Source: Escherichia phage HK106. Taken from it: 41,468 nt of DNA. A program made the position numbers and the translations under genes. Each line of letters starts with the position of its first letter. The first letter of the stretch is position 1. The stretch lies in sequence record NC_019768.1; one strand, given 5' to 3'. The notes beneath the pieces are model-generated. The model did no database searches. It was not told the origin of the DNA and saw only the letters and a list, made by a program, of their open reading frames with translations. Below are positions 27,227 through 35,834 of the stretch, one piece after another.

Positions 27227-27482
27227 ATGATTGTTCTCAGAATGGACACGGCCCAAGGAAATAACGCTGATTTAATACTTCGACTCGGGACAAATTAAGG
27301 CATACCCGCATTCCTTCGCGGTCGCCATTATGGCGATACCAGAGAGCTTTCTGCGTGTACATGCGTCTCTGTAACTTGCTCTCCTTCACTGTGGTTGCAA
27401 GTGACATGAATATCTCCTTCGTTACCGATTAATTCTTTCATCTGACGAATGAATTCTTCGTCTGACCAGTTATCTGCAAAAC

Positions 27483-27635
27483 TCATTTCCTGCGATACCA
27501 CGGAAGGTTGATAGCTGATTTCATCGCTTTATTTGCTTCAAGCCACATTTTGGAATCACCAATAAATCTGGCTATTACTGCTTTGTTCTGTGCAGCACGA
27601 AGCATCTGGTGATTGATGGCTATTTCATTGCGCAT
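27483..27635 (-). CDS. Kil-like host-killing / cell division inhibitor protein
   Basis: 50-aa hand-translated ORF (MRNEIAINHQMLRAAQNKAVIARFIGDSKMWLEANKAMKSAINLPWYRRK) overlapping the cIII 3' end; resembles lambda Kil core; below track cut-off. Confidence 0.5.
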   Translation of the reverse strand: MRNEIAINHQMLRAAQNKAVIARFIGDSKMWLEANKAMKSAINLPWYRRK

Positions 27636-27754
27636 AACGCCTCCAGTTGTTTCTTTGCTGCTCTGATTAATTGTTTAACTCGGCGTGATAATTCAGATTC
27701 GTGCGGGTAGAAAGCGGACATGACGCCGCTACCCGCGAGCTGAAAGTGCATCAT
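27620..27754 (-). CDS. cIII: cIII-like protease inhibitor
   Basis: 44 aa from ATG at 27754 with SD AAGGAG; MMHFQLAGSGVMSAFYPHESELSRRVKQLIRAAKKQLEAL… cIII/C3 pattern. Confidence 0.7.
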   Translation of the reverse strand: MMHFQLAGSGVMSAFYPHESELSRRVKQLIRAAKKQLEALCAMK

Positions 27755-27818
27755 GGGTAACTCCTTATATTTGATTGCATAACGAAAACGCCTCGAGTGA
27801 AGCGTTATTGGTATGCAT

Positions 27819-27844
27819 ATAAAAAAGCCCTCACACTGGAGGGC
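27819..27844 (-). terminator. intrinsic terminator (tL-like) upstream of cIII
   Basis: minus strand GCCCTCC-agtgt-GAGGGC followed by TTTTTTAT. Confidence 0.45.
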
Positions 27845-27980
27845 AAAGAAGATTTCCAATAATCAGAACAAGTCGGCTCCTGTTTAGTTACGAGCGACAT
27901 TGCTCCGTGTATTCACTCGTTGGAATGAATACACAGTGCAGTGTTTATTCTGTTATTTATGCCAAAAATAAAGGCCACCA

Positions 27981-28232
27981 TCAGGCAGCCTTGTTGTAAA
28001 TGTTGCAGGTATCAAGTAAGTAATTAGATGGAGCGCCATAAATTATGAATTCATCGTTTGTCGGGTCCATCTCCATCTCTTGGCCTATTGCCATTCTTGC
28101 GTCAGTGTCATCAGCGGCGAAGCATAAAACAGCCCACGCACCCATTGTTTTAAAAAGAACTGCAATTGGCTGTGGTTTTACTGAATTTGCGTTAGCGCGA
28201 AAATCACAAATCGCACTTTCATGAAATTCCAT
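27981..28232 (-). CDS. hypothetical 83-aa protein
   Basis: ATG with SD GAGGTGA; located between N and cIII. Confidence 0.55.
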   Translation of the reverse strand: MEFHESAICDFRANANSVKPQPIAVLFKTMGAWAVLCFAADDTDARMAIGQEMEMDPTNDEFIIYGAPSNYLLDTCNIYNKAA

Positions 28233-28290
28233 ATATCACCTCAAATAAGTGGTTTGCTGCCTAATTTTATTTTCTGGCGACCAACACAAG

Positions 28291-28674
28291 TCACCTTGCT
28301 GTCAGTTGTTTTGATTTCCTGTAGCCTGCCGCGTAAAGAGCTACATTTGGAAGACATACACCAGTTTCTGGTTGCCTATGCCCAAACTCATTCGCGTACA
28401 CAATGGCCGCTCTCTCCAGATTGCGTCTGTATTCTTTCTGTTGCCAGATCACGTCCTGTGCCATGAACTTAATTGGCTTAGCGTCTTCTATGCGCTCAGG
28501 CGTTTCGTGAGTACCTTTAGCCTGAATCTGCGCTCTGCTTAGAGTAGGGCGGTGTAATACTTCTGAACTTATTGCTTCTTCGCGGGCCAGTACGCCGTTA
28601 GCTAATGCCTTTGCCTTTAAACGCTCACGACGACGAGAACGTGAATTGCCTTTGAACTGAGTTCTGCGTGTCAT
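28291..28674 (-). CDS. N-family antiterminator, P22 gene 24-like
   Basis: 127 aa, SD AGGAGG; N-terminal arginine-rich motif (GNSRSRRRERLKAKALA) and C-terminal …LPNVALYAAGYRKSKQLTAR resembling P22 gp24. Confidence 0.75.
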   Translation of the reverse strand: MTRRTQFKGNSRSRRRERLKAKALANGVLAREEAISSEVLHRPTLSRAQIQAKGTHETPERIEDAKPIKFMAQDVIWQQKEYRRNLERAAIVYANEFGHRQPETGVCLPNVALYAAGYRKSKQLTAR

Positions 28675-28839
28675 ATAGACCTCCTGATGAACTTTGGTGG
28701 TGTGGTAGGTGGGAGACCCATTTCGACCTGTTTCGGCCTACTTCAATTCGGCAATAGTCCCGCAGGCCTCGCCGCTTTACGTGCGACATATTCCCGTCCA
28801 TGAACCCTTCACCACACCCCAAAGTTCACTTTGGTTATT

Positions 28840-28854
28840 GCGCTTTGTCAGCGC
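28840..28854 (-). promoter_or_regulatory. nutL boxB-like hairpin (P22 type)
   Basis: minus-strand GCGCTGACAAAGCGC in the leader between PL and the N-like gene. Confidence 0.5.
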
Positions 28855-28922
28855 CGTAGATTCATCTCTGAATCGTTGTATATTCACCGCCCTGGTGAGT
28901 AGTGCGTCCTGCTGATGTGTTT

Positions 28923-28985
28923 AGTATCACCGCCAGTGGTATTTATGTCAACACCGCCAGAGATAATTTATCACCGCAGATGGTT
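28923..28985 (-). promoter_or_regulatory. OL1-OL2-OL3 operators and PL promoter (lambda type)
   Basis: TATCACCGCCAGTGGTA (28925-28941), CAACACCGCCAGAGATA (28949-28965), TATCACCGCAGATGGTT (28969-28985); minus-strand -35 TTGACA and -10 GATACT. Confidence 0.85.
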
Positions 28986-29136
28986 ATCTGTATGTTTTTT
29001 ATATAGATTTATTTTTTTGCAGGGGTGTGTGGCTTGGGAGGTGATCGAGAGATCTGAATTGCGATGTTTAGTGAGTTGTATCTATTAATTTTCAAATAAA
29101 TACAATTGGTTATGTGTTTTGGGGCGAACGTGAGGC

Positions 29137-29162
29137 AAAGAAAACCCGGCGCGGTGGCCGGG
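29137..29162 (-). terminator. tImm-like intrinsic terminator ending the cI-side operon
   Basis: minus strand CCCGGCC-accgc-GCCGGG followed by TTTTCTTTG, 7 nt after the stop of the 141-aa ORF. Confidence 0.55.
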
Positions 29163-29169
29163 TTGGAGA

Positions 29170-29595
29170 TTATTTTCTAGATGATGTTGGGGACCAAGGT
29201 AACGTTATAGTATCTAACACTGTGTTTTTGAACATATTTTCAAAAACTGTTTTTGTACATACATATACATAATTTTCAAAAAACCAAGCATTTTCATTAT
29301 AAAAATCCTCAGTTACTTCTTCATCGAGGTCACACTCAAATGTTAGTGTCAAGGTAGCCTCTGCCTTGAACAATACATCCTCACCATCATCAAAATCTTT
29401 TTTATCGCGAGGGAAACCAGTTATCGATGGCTTAACTTCAATAAAGAGCCAATTTCCATCTTCATCTTTTTGAGGAACAACGTGATGCTCAGAAAATTTT
29501 AAGCTATATTTTCCGCCTTCAGAATTATCACTGTCGTCGATAAAAAGGGAAGAACCCTCGAGATCAAATCCCTTAAAGCGAATTTTATCAAGCAT
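29170..29595 (-). CDS. hypothetical acidic protein, 141 aa, third gene of the hicAB cassette
   Basis: ATG at 29595 overlaps the hicB stop (TGATG); strongly acidic (about 29 D/E against 15 K/R); AT-rich codon usage; no family recognised. Confidence 0.6.
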   Translation of the reverse strand: MLDKIRFKGFDLEGSSLFIDDSDNSEGGKYSLKFSEHHVVPQKDEDGNWLFIEVKPSITGFPRDKKDFDDGEDVLFKAEATLTLTFECDLDEEVTEDFYNENAWFFENYVYVCTKTVFENMFKNTVLDTITLPWSPTSSRK

Positions 29596-30068
29596 CAATG
29601 TGGCACTCCGTTGTCTACTGAAACTTCCCAATAGGTCTCTTCTGTACGTCTACGGGATGAGAAGAAAGTAACTTCTCTAACATCCCTCGGTTTTTCAAAG
29701 TGGTAGTGAACCTCTTTTTTCCCATTAACTGACTCACTGACAGCCTGTTTTACATAATCGTTTAAAGTCATATTCTTAGCTTTAGCAGCTAAATATGCTT
29801 TTTTATGCAGGGATTCACCTATCCGGATGTTAAACGAACCACTCATTGTCTTATCTGGAGATTTTCCTATCTCTTCACAAGTGGAGAGGTAATCGTCCAC
29901 GGCCTCCTCAAAGGCTGCACGGAGTTCTGCAACCGTTGCACCCTCATAAGTGACGAGATCATTTATACATTCGAGTTTTCCATGCATCACCCCATCTTCA
30001 AATGAAATGCTGGAGCTACCATAGTAACCTTTGTATTTCATCAAGTTATTCATGATCATCAATCTCAT
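29595..30068 (-). CDS. hicB: HicB-family antitoxin (RNase H-like fold plus RHH DNA-binding region)
   Basis: …MKYKGYYGSSSISFEDGVMHGKLECINDLVTYEGATVAELRAAFEEAVDDYLSTCEEIGKSP…SFNIRIGESLHKKAYLAAKAKNMTLNDYVKQAV matches HicB pattern; overlaps hicA 3' end. Confidence 0.75.
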   Translation of the reverse strand: MRLMIMNNLMKYKGYYGSSSISFEDGVMHGKLECINDLVTYEGATVAELRAAFEEAVDDYLSTCEEIGKSPDKTMSGSFNIRIGESLHKKAYLAAKAKNMTLNDYVKQAVSESVNGKKEVHYHFEKPRDVREVTFFSSRRRTEETYWEVSVDNGVPH

Positions 30069-30300
30069 CTAACAGCTGTTTAACTTCTTCCAAGACGTAC
30101 CTTTTGAGGGTGTTTTCAGGATGAGGCTCATGAAAAATGACCAATCTATCAACACGTTGGTTGTAAAATTTACGGCCAGAACCTCGTTTAGCATTCAAAA
30201 GCTTGAAGCCATACTGGTTCATGAGAGTAACGAACTCATCCCAAGTAAAATTTTTGGGTAAGCCGTCTAACTTTGACTTTAGCTTTTCCTTTCTTCCCAC
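30046..30300 (-). CDS. hicA: HicA-family mRNA interferase toxin
   Basis: 84 aa, GTG start; …GSGRKFYNQRVDRLVIFHEPHPENTLKRYVLEEVKQLL fits the HicA/YcfA pattern; precedes hicB as in hicAB operons. Confidence 0.7.
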   Translation of the reverse strand: MGRKEKLKSKLDGLPKNFTWDEFVTLMNQYGFKLLNAKRGSGRKFYNQRVDRLVIFHEPHPENTLKRYVLEEVKQLLDEIDDHE

Positions 30301-30326
30301 GAAGGATACATCCTCTGTTAAAGGTA

Positions 30327-30349
30327 GTGCAACTGAAATCTAGTTGCAA
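30327..30349 (-). promoter_or_regulatory. inverted repeat, candidate HicB operator in the hicA promoter region
   Basis: TTGCAACT-n7-AGTTGCA(c) palindrome about 30 bp upstream of the hicA start in an AT-rich spacer. Confidence 0.35.
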
Positions 30350-30460
30350 GCTATGCTATCTATAGACAAAATGTTTCATTGTTATATCAGAAGATACCCG
30401 ATCTGTTTCACCTTCAACTACTATAATTTGTTATAAGCTATCAACCGGTGGAACTGCGAA

Positions 30461-30559
30461 TTAGCCGCTGGGTGTTGCGTATCCATCGATGATAAACCAT
30501 GCCATAAACCCCATAGCTACGATGAACACCAAGATCGGAAACACTATACCAATTCTCAT
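30461..30559 (-). CDS. possible 32-aa hydrophobic peptide (single TM)
   Basis: hand-translated MRIGIVFPILVFIVAMGFMAWFIIDGYATPSG; weak SD; between cI and hicA. Confidence 0.25.
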   Translation of the reverse strand: MRIGIVFPILVFIVAMGFMAWFIIDGYATPSG

Positions 30560-30663
30560 GATTTTATCCCTGTCTACCCATGCTTCCTGGGCACCAGCGG
30601 CTCGTTACTCGGCATCACCCTTAATCCGCCGCCCCATGTGTTTGTTGTGATCCGTTGCTGGCC

Positions 30664-31380
<717 letters not shown>

Positions 31381-31387
31381 TTAAATC

Positions 31388-31453
31388 TATCACCGCAAGG
31401 GATAAATATCTAACACCGTGCGTGTTGACTATTTTACCTCTAGCGGTGATAAT
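31388..31453. promoter_or_regulatory. OR3-OR2-OR1 operators with divergent PRM and PR (lambda type)
   Basis: TATCACCGCAAGGGATA (31388-31404), TAACACCGTGCGTGTTG (31411-31427), TACCTCTAGCGGTGATA (31435-31451); PR -35 TTGACT 31424-31429 and -10 GATAAT 31448-31453. Confidence 0.85.
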
Positions 31454-31468
31454 GGTTGCATGTACTAA

Positions 31469-31678
<210 letters not shown>

Positions 31679-31685
31679 GTAACAC

Positions 31686-31731
31686 CGCTCTTTTCACAAT
31701 GGACATTCGTCCTACGTCGCTGACAAAGCGA
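31686..31731 (+). promoter_or_regulatory. nutR-like site: boxA CGCTCTTTT and boxB hairpin TCGCTGACAAAGCGA
   Basis: boxA consensus-like 9-mer 8 nt after cro stop; boxB stem-loop with the same GACAAAG loop as the leftward boxB. Confidence 0.5.
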
Positions 31732-31816
31732 GTCCCAATATATCTGACCAACTAAGGCCATATGCGTTTCCACGCATACCTTTCAACTAACTATTCACTA
31801 TTGGAAATCTTAAGAA

Positions 31817-32113
31817 ATGGAAAGAACAAGTTACAGCAAACTATCACAGCGTGACGTTGATCGCGCAGAAACAGATTTACTCATCAACCTGTCAACGCTT
31901 ACCCAGCGCGGTCTGGCAAAGATGATTGGCTGTCATGAATCGAAGATAAGCAGAACGGACTGGAGATTTATTGCTTCGGTCTTGTGTGCTTTTGGAATGG
32001 CATCAGACATCAGTCCGATTAGCAGGGCTTTTAAGTATGCGCTTGATGAAATCACAAAGAAAAAATCCCCGGCCGCCACCGAGGATTTTAAGCAAATTGA
32101 TATGCAATTCTGA
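31817..32113 (+). CDS. CII-like transcriptional activator (not lambda cII)
   Basis: 98 aa; C-terminus …KKKSPAATEDFKQIDMQF parallels lambda CII …NKKRPAATERSEQIQMEF, remainder divergent. Confidence 0.7.
   Translation: MERTSYSKLSQRDVDRAETDLLINLSTLTQRGLAKMIGCHESKISRTDWRFIASVLCAFGMASDISPISRAFKYALDEITKKKSPAATEDFKQIDMQF
31826..31839 (-). promoter_or_regulatory. candidate CII-binding site (TTGC-N6-TTGT) of a PRE-like promoter
   Basis: minus-strand TTGCTGTAACTTGT inside the first codons of the cII-like gene, the position where lambda PRE sits. Confidence 0.3.
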
Positions 32114-32145
32114 GGGAATTACTGGATCAATCCACAGGAGTAATT

Positions 32146-32307
32146 ATGACAAAACGTCGTAAGAAATACCAGGAAAAAGAAGAGATTCGACACCCTGATT
32201 CACCTGAGGGATTAGTGGTAGCCGCAGCAAATAACAGGGCGTTCGCAGAGCGCCTTGTTGGTGTTTACAGACTAGCCAAAGCAGGAGTGAAGCATGGGCG
32301 TCGTTAA
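32146..32307 (+). CDS. possible small basic protein, 53 aa
   Basis: ATG with SD CAGGAG 5 nt upstream; hand-translated MTKRRKKYQEKEEIRHPDSPEGLVVAAANNRAFAERLVGVYRLAKAGVKHGRR; below track cut-off. Confidence 0.35.
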   Translation: MTKRRKKYQEKEEIRHPDSPEGLVVAAANNRAFAERLVGVYRLAKAGVKHGRR

Positions 32308-33184
32308 GTTAGCTGATTACAGGCATAACCCTGTACAACATCAGGAGGCATCCAGTATGGGGTATGTCTCTATACACCGCCAGTTTATGGACAGCAGGCT
32401 CTATAAGGACTCTCAGGCAGTACATCTTTGGCTTCACTTAATCCTCAAGGCTAATCACGAATCTACTGTCGTCAATACGGATATCGGTCCGATAACTGTT
32501 GATCGCGGTCAGATGATAACTGGACGCCCGTCGCTGGTCAGAGAAACATTCATCCCCGACAACAAAGTTCGGAGCTTATTACGGACTTTTGAGTCGAAAG
32601 GGATGCTTAATATTTGCTCGATGGGGAAGAAATTTAGCCTGTTTACAATCGTTAAATATGACGATTTTCAGGCAAAAAATTGTCCAACGGTTGTCCAACG
32701 GTTGTCCAACGCAAACACCAGTAATGGCGCGGATCTCAGCGGAGATTGTCCAACGGTTGTCCAACGGTTGTCCATAAACAATAATATAAATAATATCTCT
32801 AATACTGACGTATTAGAGAGTGCCACAGCAGACAAAAAGTCTGACAAGAAAAAACCTTCCGTTAGCTGTCAGGATGTTGTCGATGCTTACCACGAAATCC
32901 TTCCTGAAGCGCCAAGAATCCGCGCACTGAATGACAAGCGTAAAAACCAGATCCGAACGTTCTGGCGCAAAGCCGGAGTGATAACCCGTCAGCTTGACGG
33001 GCATGGGTTCACGATGCAGGACTGGAGAAATTATTTGAGCTACGTAGGCGAAAATTGCCGATGGATGTTCGAAGAGCGCCCAAACCATCAACGCGGAACC
33101 GTCTGGCACAAAAAGGGATTTGATTTCCTGCTTAACGATAATACCTACCTGAAAGTTCGTGAGGGTGAACACGATGACCGATAA
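32294..33184 (+). CDS. replication initiator protein (O-like, origin-binding)
   Basis: 296 aa, SD AGGAG; contains the iteron cluster inside its coding sequence; followed by the helicase gene. Confidence 0.7.
   Translation: MGVVKLADYRHNPVQHQEASSMGYVSIHRQFMDSRLYKDSQAVHLWLHLILKANHESTVVNTDIGPITVDRGQMITGRPSLVRETFIPDNKVRSLLRTFESKGMLNICSMGKKFSLFTIVKYDDFQAKNCPTVVQRLSNANTSNGADLSGDCPTVVQRLSINNNINNISNTDVLESATADKKSDKKKPSVSCQDVVDAYHEILPEAPRIRALNDKRKNQIRTFWRKAGVITRQLDGHGFTMQDWRNYLSYVGENCRWMFEERPNHQRGTVWHKKGFDFLLNDNTYLKVREGEHDDR
32680..32775 (+). repeat. origin iterons: two clusters of three tandem 11-bp TTGTCCAACGG repeats, followed by an AT-rich stretch
   Basis: units at 32680, 32691, 32702 and 32746, 32757, 32768 (last partial); AT-rich 32776-32810; lambdoid ori architecture inside the initiator gene. 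Confidence 0.75.
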
Positions 33185-34610
33185 TTTTTATGCGCCGCCC
33201 CATAGTATCGAGGCAGAGCAGGCGGTGATTGGTGGATTGCTTCTGGATGATGACAGCAGTGAGCGCGTCCAGAAAGTTCTGGCGATACTGAAGCCTGATT
33301 CATTTTACAGCCGACCACACAAAATCCTTTTCGAAGAAATAACCAGAATGCACCGTGAGCAAAAGCCAGTAGATGGCCTGACGCTTTTCGATGAACTGGA
33401 GCGTAAATCGTTAACGGCGTCTGTTGGCGGTTTTGCTTATATCGCTGAGATCGCAAAGAACACGCCAAGCGCAGCAAACATCGTTGCTTATGCAATGCAG
33501 GTTCGCGAAACCGCAATGGAACGCTACGCCATCAACCGCATGACTGAAGCGACGGAATTGCTCTATTCCCGCAACGGAATGACTGCAACGCAGAAGTACG
33601 AAGCTATTCAGTCGATTTTCACGCAACTGACAGACCATGCAAAAACCGGATCGCGTCGCGGCCTTCGCTCATTTGGTGAGGTCATGGAAGACTGGGTTAG
33701 CGACCTTGAGAAGCGATTTGACCCGTCAGGCGAACAACGAGGAATGAGCACAGGGATCCCATCGTTGGACAGGATGCTGTCACCGAAAGGTCTGGTAAAA
33801 GGCTCTCTGTTTGTCATTGGCGCTCGCCCTAAGATGGGGAAAACGACGCTATACAGCCAGATGGCAATCAACTGCGCAGTGCATGAGAAAAAGCCCGCTC
33901 TGATGTTCAGCCTTGAAATGCCAGGTGACCAGATACTGGAAAAACTGGTAGGGCAGAAGTCAGGTGTGAACCCGAATATTTTTTACCTTCCGGCGACAAA
34001 TGACGCTGATGACGGCTATCAGGGTGATTACGATGGTGACTTCAACAGGGCGATCGAGACAGCCAATCGCTTGAGTGAAATCGACCTGCTTTACATCGAC
34101 GACACGCCGGGATTATCTCTGGCTCAAATCGTCAGCGAAAGCCGTCGAATCAAACGAGAAAAAGGATGCGTTGGCATGATTCTGGTCGATTACCTGACGC
34201 TAATGACCGCTGAAAAGGCCGATCGCAACGACCTTGCATACGGCATGATCACCAAAGGACTGAAGAACCTTGCCAAAGAGCTTGATTGCGTTGTTGTGCT
34301 TCTGACACAGCTTAACCGCGCATTGGAAAGCCGAACCAATAAACGCCCATTACCATGTGACTCGCGCGATACAGGGCAGATTGAACAGGATTGCGATTAT
34401 TGGGTGGGGATCCATCGGGAAGGTGCTTTTGATGACAGTGTTCCACCTGGTGAAACCGAACTAATCCTTCGTCTCAACCGTCATGGCAATACCGGCACGG
34501 TGTATTGCATTCAGGCAAATGGCGCTATTTATGACACAGACCAACAGTCTGCTGAAATGCGCCGCCGTGAACGCGAGGAACCGCAATCCAAGAAGAAAGG
34601 AGGATTCTGA
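33174..34610 (+). CDS. replicative DNA helicase, DnaB family
   Basis: about 478 aa from ATG at 33174; N-terminal DnaB-like region (SIEAEQAVIGGLLLD) and RecA-like core with Walker A GARPKMGKTT. Confidence 0.85.
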   Translation: MTDNFYAPPHSIEAEQAVIGGLLLDDDSSERVQKVLAILKPDSFYSRPHKILFEEITRMHREQKPVDGLTLFDELERKSLTASVGGFAYIAEIAKNTPSAANIVAYAMQVRETAMERYAINRMTEATELLYSRNGMTATQKYEAIQSIFTQLTDHAKTGSRRGLRSFGEVMEDWVSDLEKRFDPSGEQRGMSTGIPSLDRMLSPKGLVKGSLFVIGARPKMGKTTLYSQMAINCAVHEKKPALMFSLEMPGDQILEKLVGQKSGVNPNIFYLPATNDADDGYQGDYDGDFNRAIETANRLSEIDLLYIDDTPGLSLAQIVSESRRIKREKGCVGMILVDYLTLMTAEKADRNDLAYGMITKGLKNLAKELDCVVVLLTQLNRALESRTNKRPLPCDSRDTGQIEQDCDYWVGIHREGAFDDSVPPGETELILRLNRHGNTGTVYCIQANGAIYDTDQQSAEMRRREREEPQSKKKGGF

Positions 34611-34638
34611 TGACCATCTACATCACTGAGCTAATAAC

Positions 34639-34670
34639 AGGCCTGCTGGTAATCGCAGGCCTTTTTATTT
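34639..34670 (+). terminator. intrinsic terminator (tR2-like) between helicase and ninB
   Basis: AGGCCTGC-tggtaatc-GCAGGCCT followed by TTTTATTT. Confidence 0.6.
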
Positions 34671-34686
34671 GGGGGAGAGGGAAGTC

Positions 34687-35127
34687 ATGAAAAAACTAAC
34701 CTTTGAAATTCGATCTCCGGCACATCAGCAAAACGCTATTCACGCGGTACAGCAAATTCTTCCAGACCCAACCAAACCAATCGTAGTAACCATTCAGGAA
34801 CGCAACCGCAGCTTAGACCAAAACAGGAAGCTATGGGCCTGCTTAGGTGACGTCTCTCGTCAGGTTGAATGGCATGGTCGCTGGCTGGATGCAGAAAGCT
34901 GGAAGTGTGTTTTTACAGCAGCATTAAAGCAGCAGGACGTTGTTCCTAACCTTGCCGGGAATGGCTTTGTGGTAATAGGCCAGTCAACCAGCAGGATGCG
35001 TGTAAGCGAATTTGCGGAGTTATTAGAGCTTATACAGGCATTCGGTACAGAGCGTGGCGTTAAGTGGTCAGACGAAGCGCGACTGGCTCTGGAGTGGAAA
35101 GCGAGATGGGGAGACAAGGCTGCATGA
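34687..35127 (+). CDS. ninB: NinB (Orf family recombination mediator)
   Basis: 146 aa [56 protein letters not shown]…, lambda NinB-like. Confidence 0.9.
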   Translation: MKKLTFEIRSPAHQQNAIHAVQQILPDPTKPIVVTIQERNRSLDQNRKLWACLGDVSRQVEWHGRWLDAESWKCVFTAALKQQDVVPNLAGNGFVVIGQSTSRMRVSEFAELLELIQAFGTERGVKWSDEARLALEWKARWGDKAA

Positions 35128-35300
35128 GACGACAGCGACGAAGTATCACCGACATCATCTGTGAAAACTGCAAATACCTTCCAACGAAACGCTCCAGAAA
35201 TAAACGCAAGCCAATCCCAAAAGAATCTGACGTAAAAACCTTCAACTACACGGCTCACCTGTGGGATATCCGGTGGCTAAGACATCGTGCGAGGAAATGA
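35124..35300 (+). CDS. ninD: NinD-like zinc-ribbon protein
   Basis: 58 aa [42 protein letters not shown]…, ATGA overlap with ninB. Confidence 0.7.
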   Translation: MRRQRRSITDIICENCKYLPTKRSRNKRKPIPKESDVKTFNYTAHLWDIRWLRHRARK

Positions 35301-35302
35301 CA

Positions 35303-35665
35303 ATGGATTATTCACAGTTAAGTGATTTTGAAATTAACAAGCGAGTGGCAATTTGCTGTGGATTTGCTCCCGAAGATTGCGAAATCGCAAAGTTGGGAAC
35401 ATCAATCGTTGGTGTTGAGTGGGATGACGAAACTGGTTATGCAATAAAAACGGTTGATTACTGTAAAAGACCATCAGACGCATGGCCGATTATCACTGAA
35501 AACAACATCAGCATAATTTTAGACAATCCCTCAATGCCGTGCGCTACAGACAACGCAAGGGACTTGTTTGATGATGCCGGACCGAATGTTGGTGTCGCAT
35601 ATGACAATCCACTCCGTGCCGCCATGATTGTCTTTCTCATGATTCAGGACGCCAATAATGCTTAG
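35303..35665 (+). CDS. NinX-like protein
   Basis: about 120 aa from ATG at 35303 (SD GAGGAA); MDYSQLSDFEINKRVA… pattern. Confidence 0.55.
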   Translation: MDYSQLSDFEINKRVAICCGFAPEDCEIAKLGTSIVGVEWDDETGYAIKTVDYCKRPSDAWPIITENNISIILDNPSMPCATDNARDLFDDAGPNVGVAYDNPLRAAMIVFLMIQDANNA

Positions 35666-35834
35666 CCCATCCCAATCCCTTCAATACCAGAAAGAAAGCG
35701 TCGAGCGGGCATTAACGTGCGCTAACTGCGGTCAGAAGTTGCATGTGCTGGAAGTTCACGTGTGTGAGCACTGCTGCGCAGAACTGATGAGCGATCCGAA
35801 TAGCTCAATGTACGAGGAAGAAGACGATGGCTAA
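35658..35834 (+). CDS. ninF: NinF-like protein
   Basis: 58 aa [58 protein letters not shown]. Confidence 0.7.
   Translation: MLSPSQSLQYQKESVERALTCANCGQKLHVLEVHVCEHCCAELMSDPNSSMYEEEDDG

Noticed and set aside
32680-32775. Direct repeats considered as a possible CRISPR array
   Set aside because: 11-bp units are contiguous or separated by one short unique segment, lie inside a replication initiator gene and are followed by an AT-rich stretch; this is an iteron origin, not repeat-spacer architecture, and no cas genes are present.
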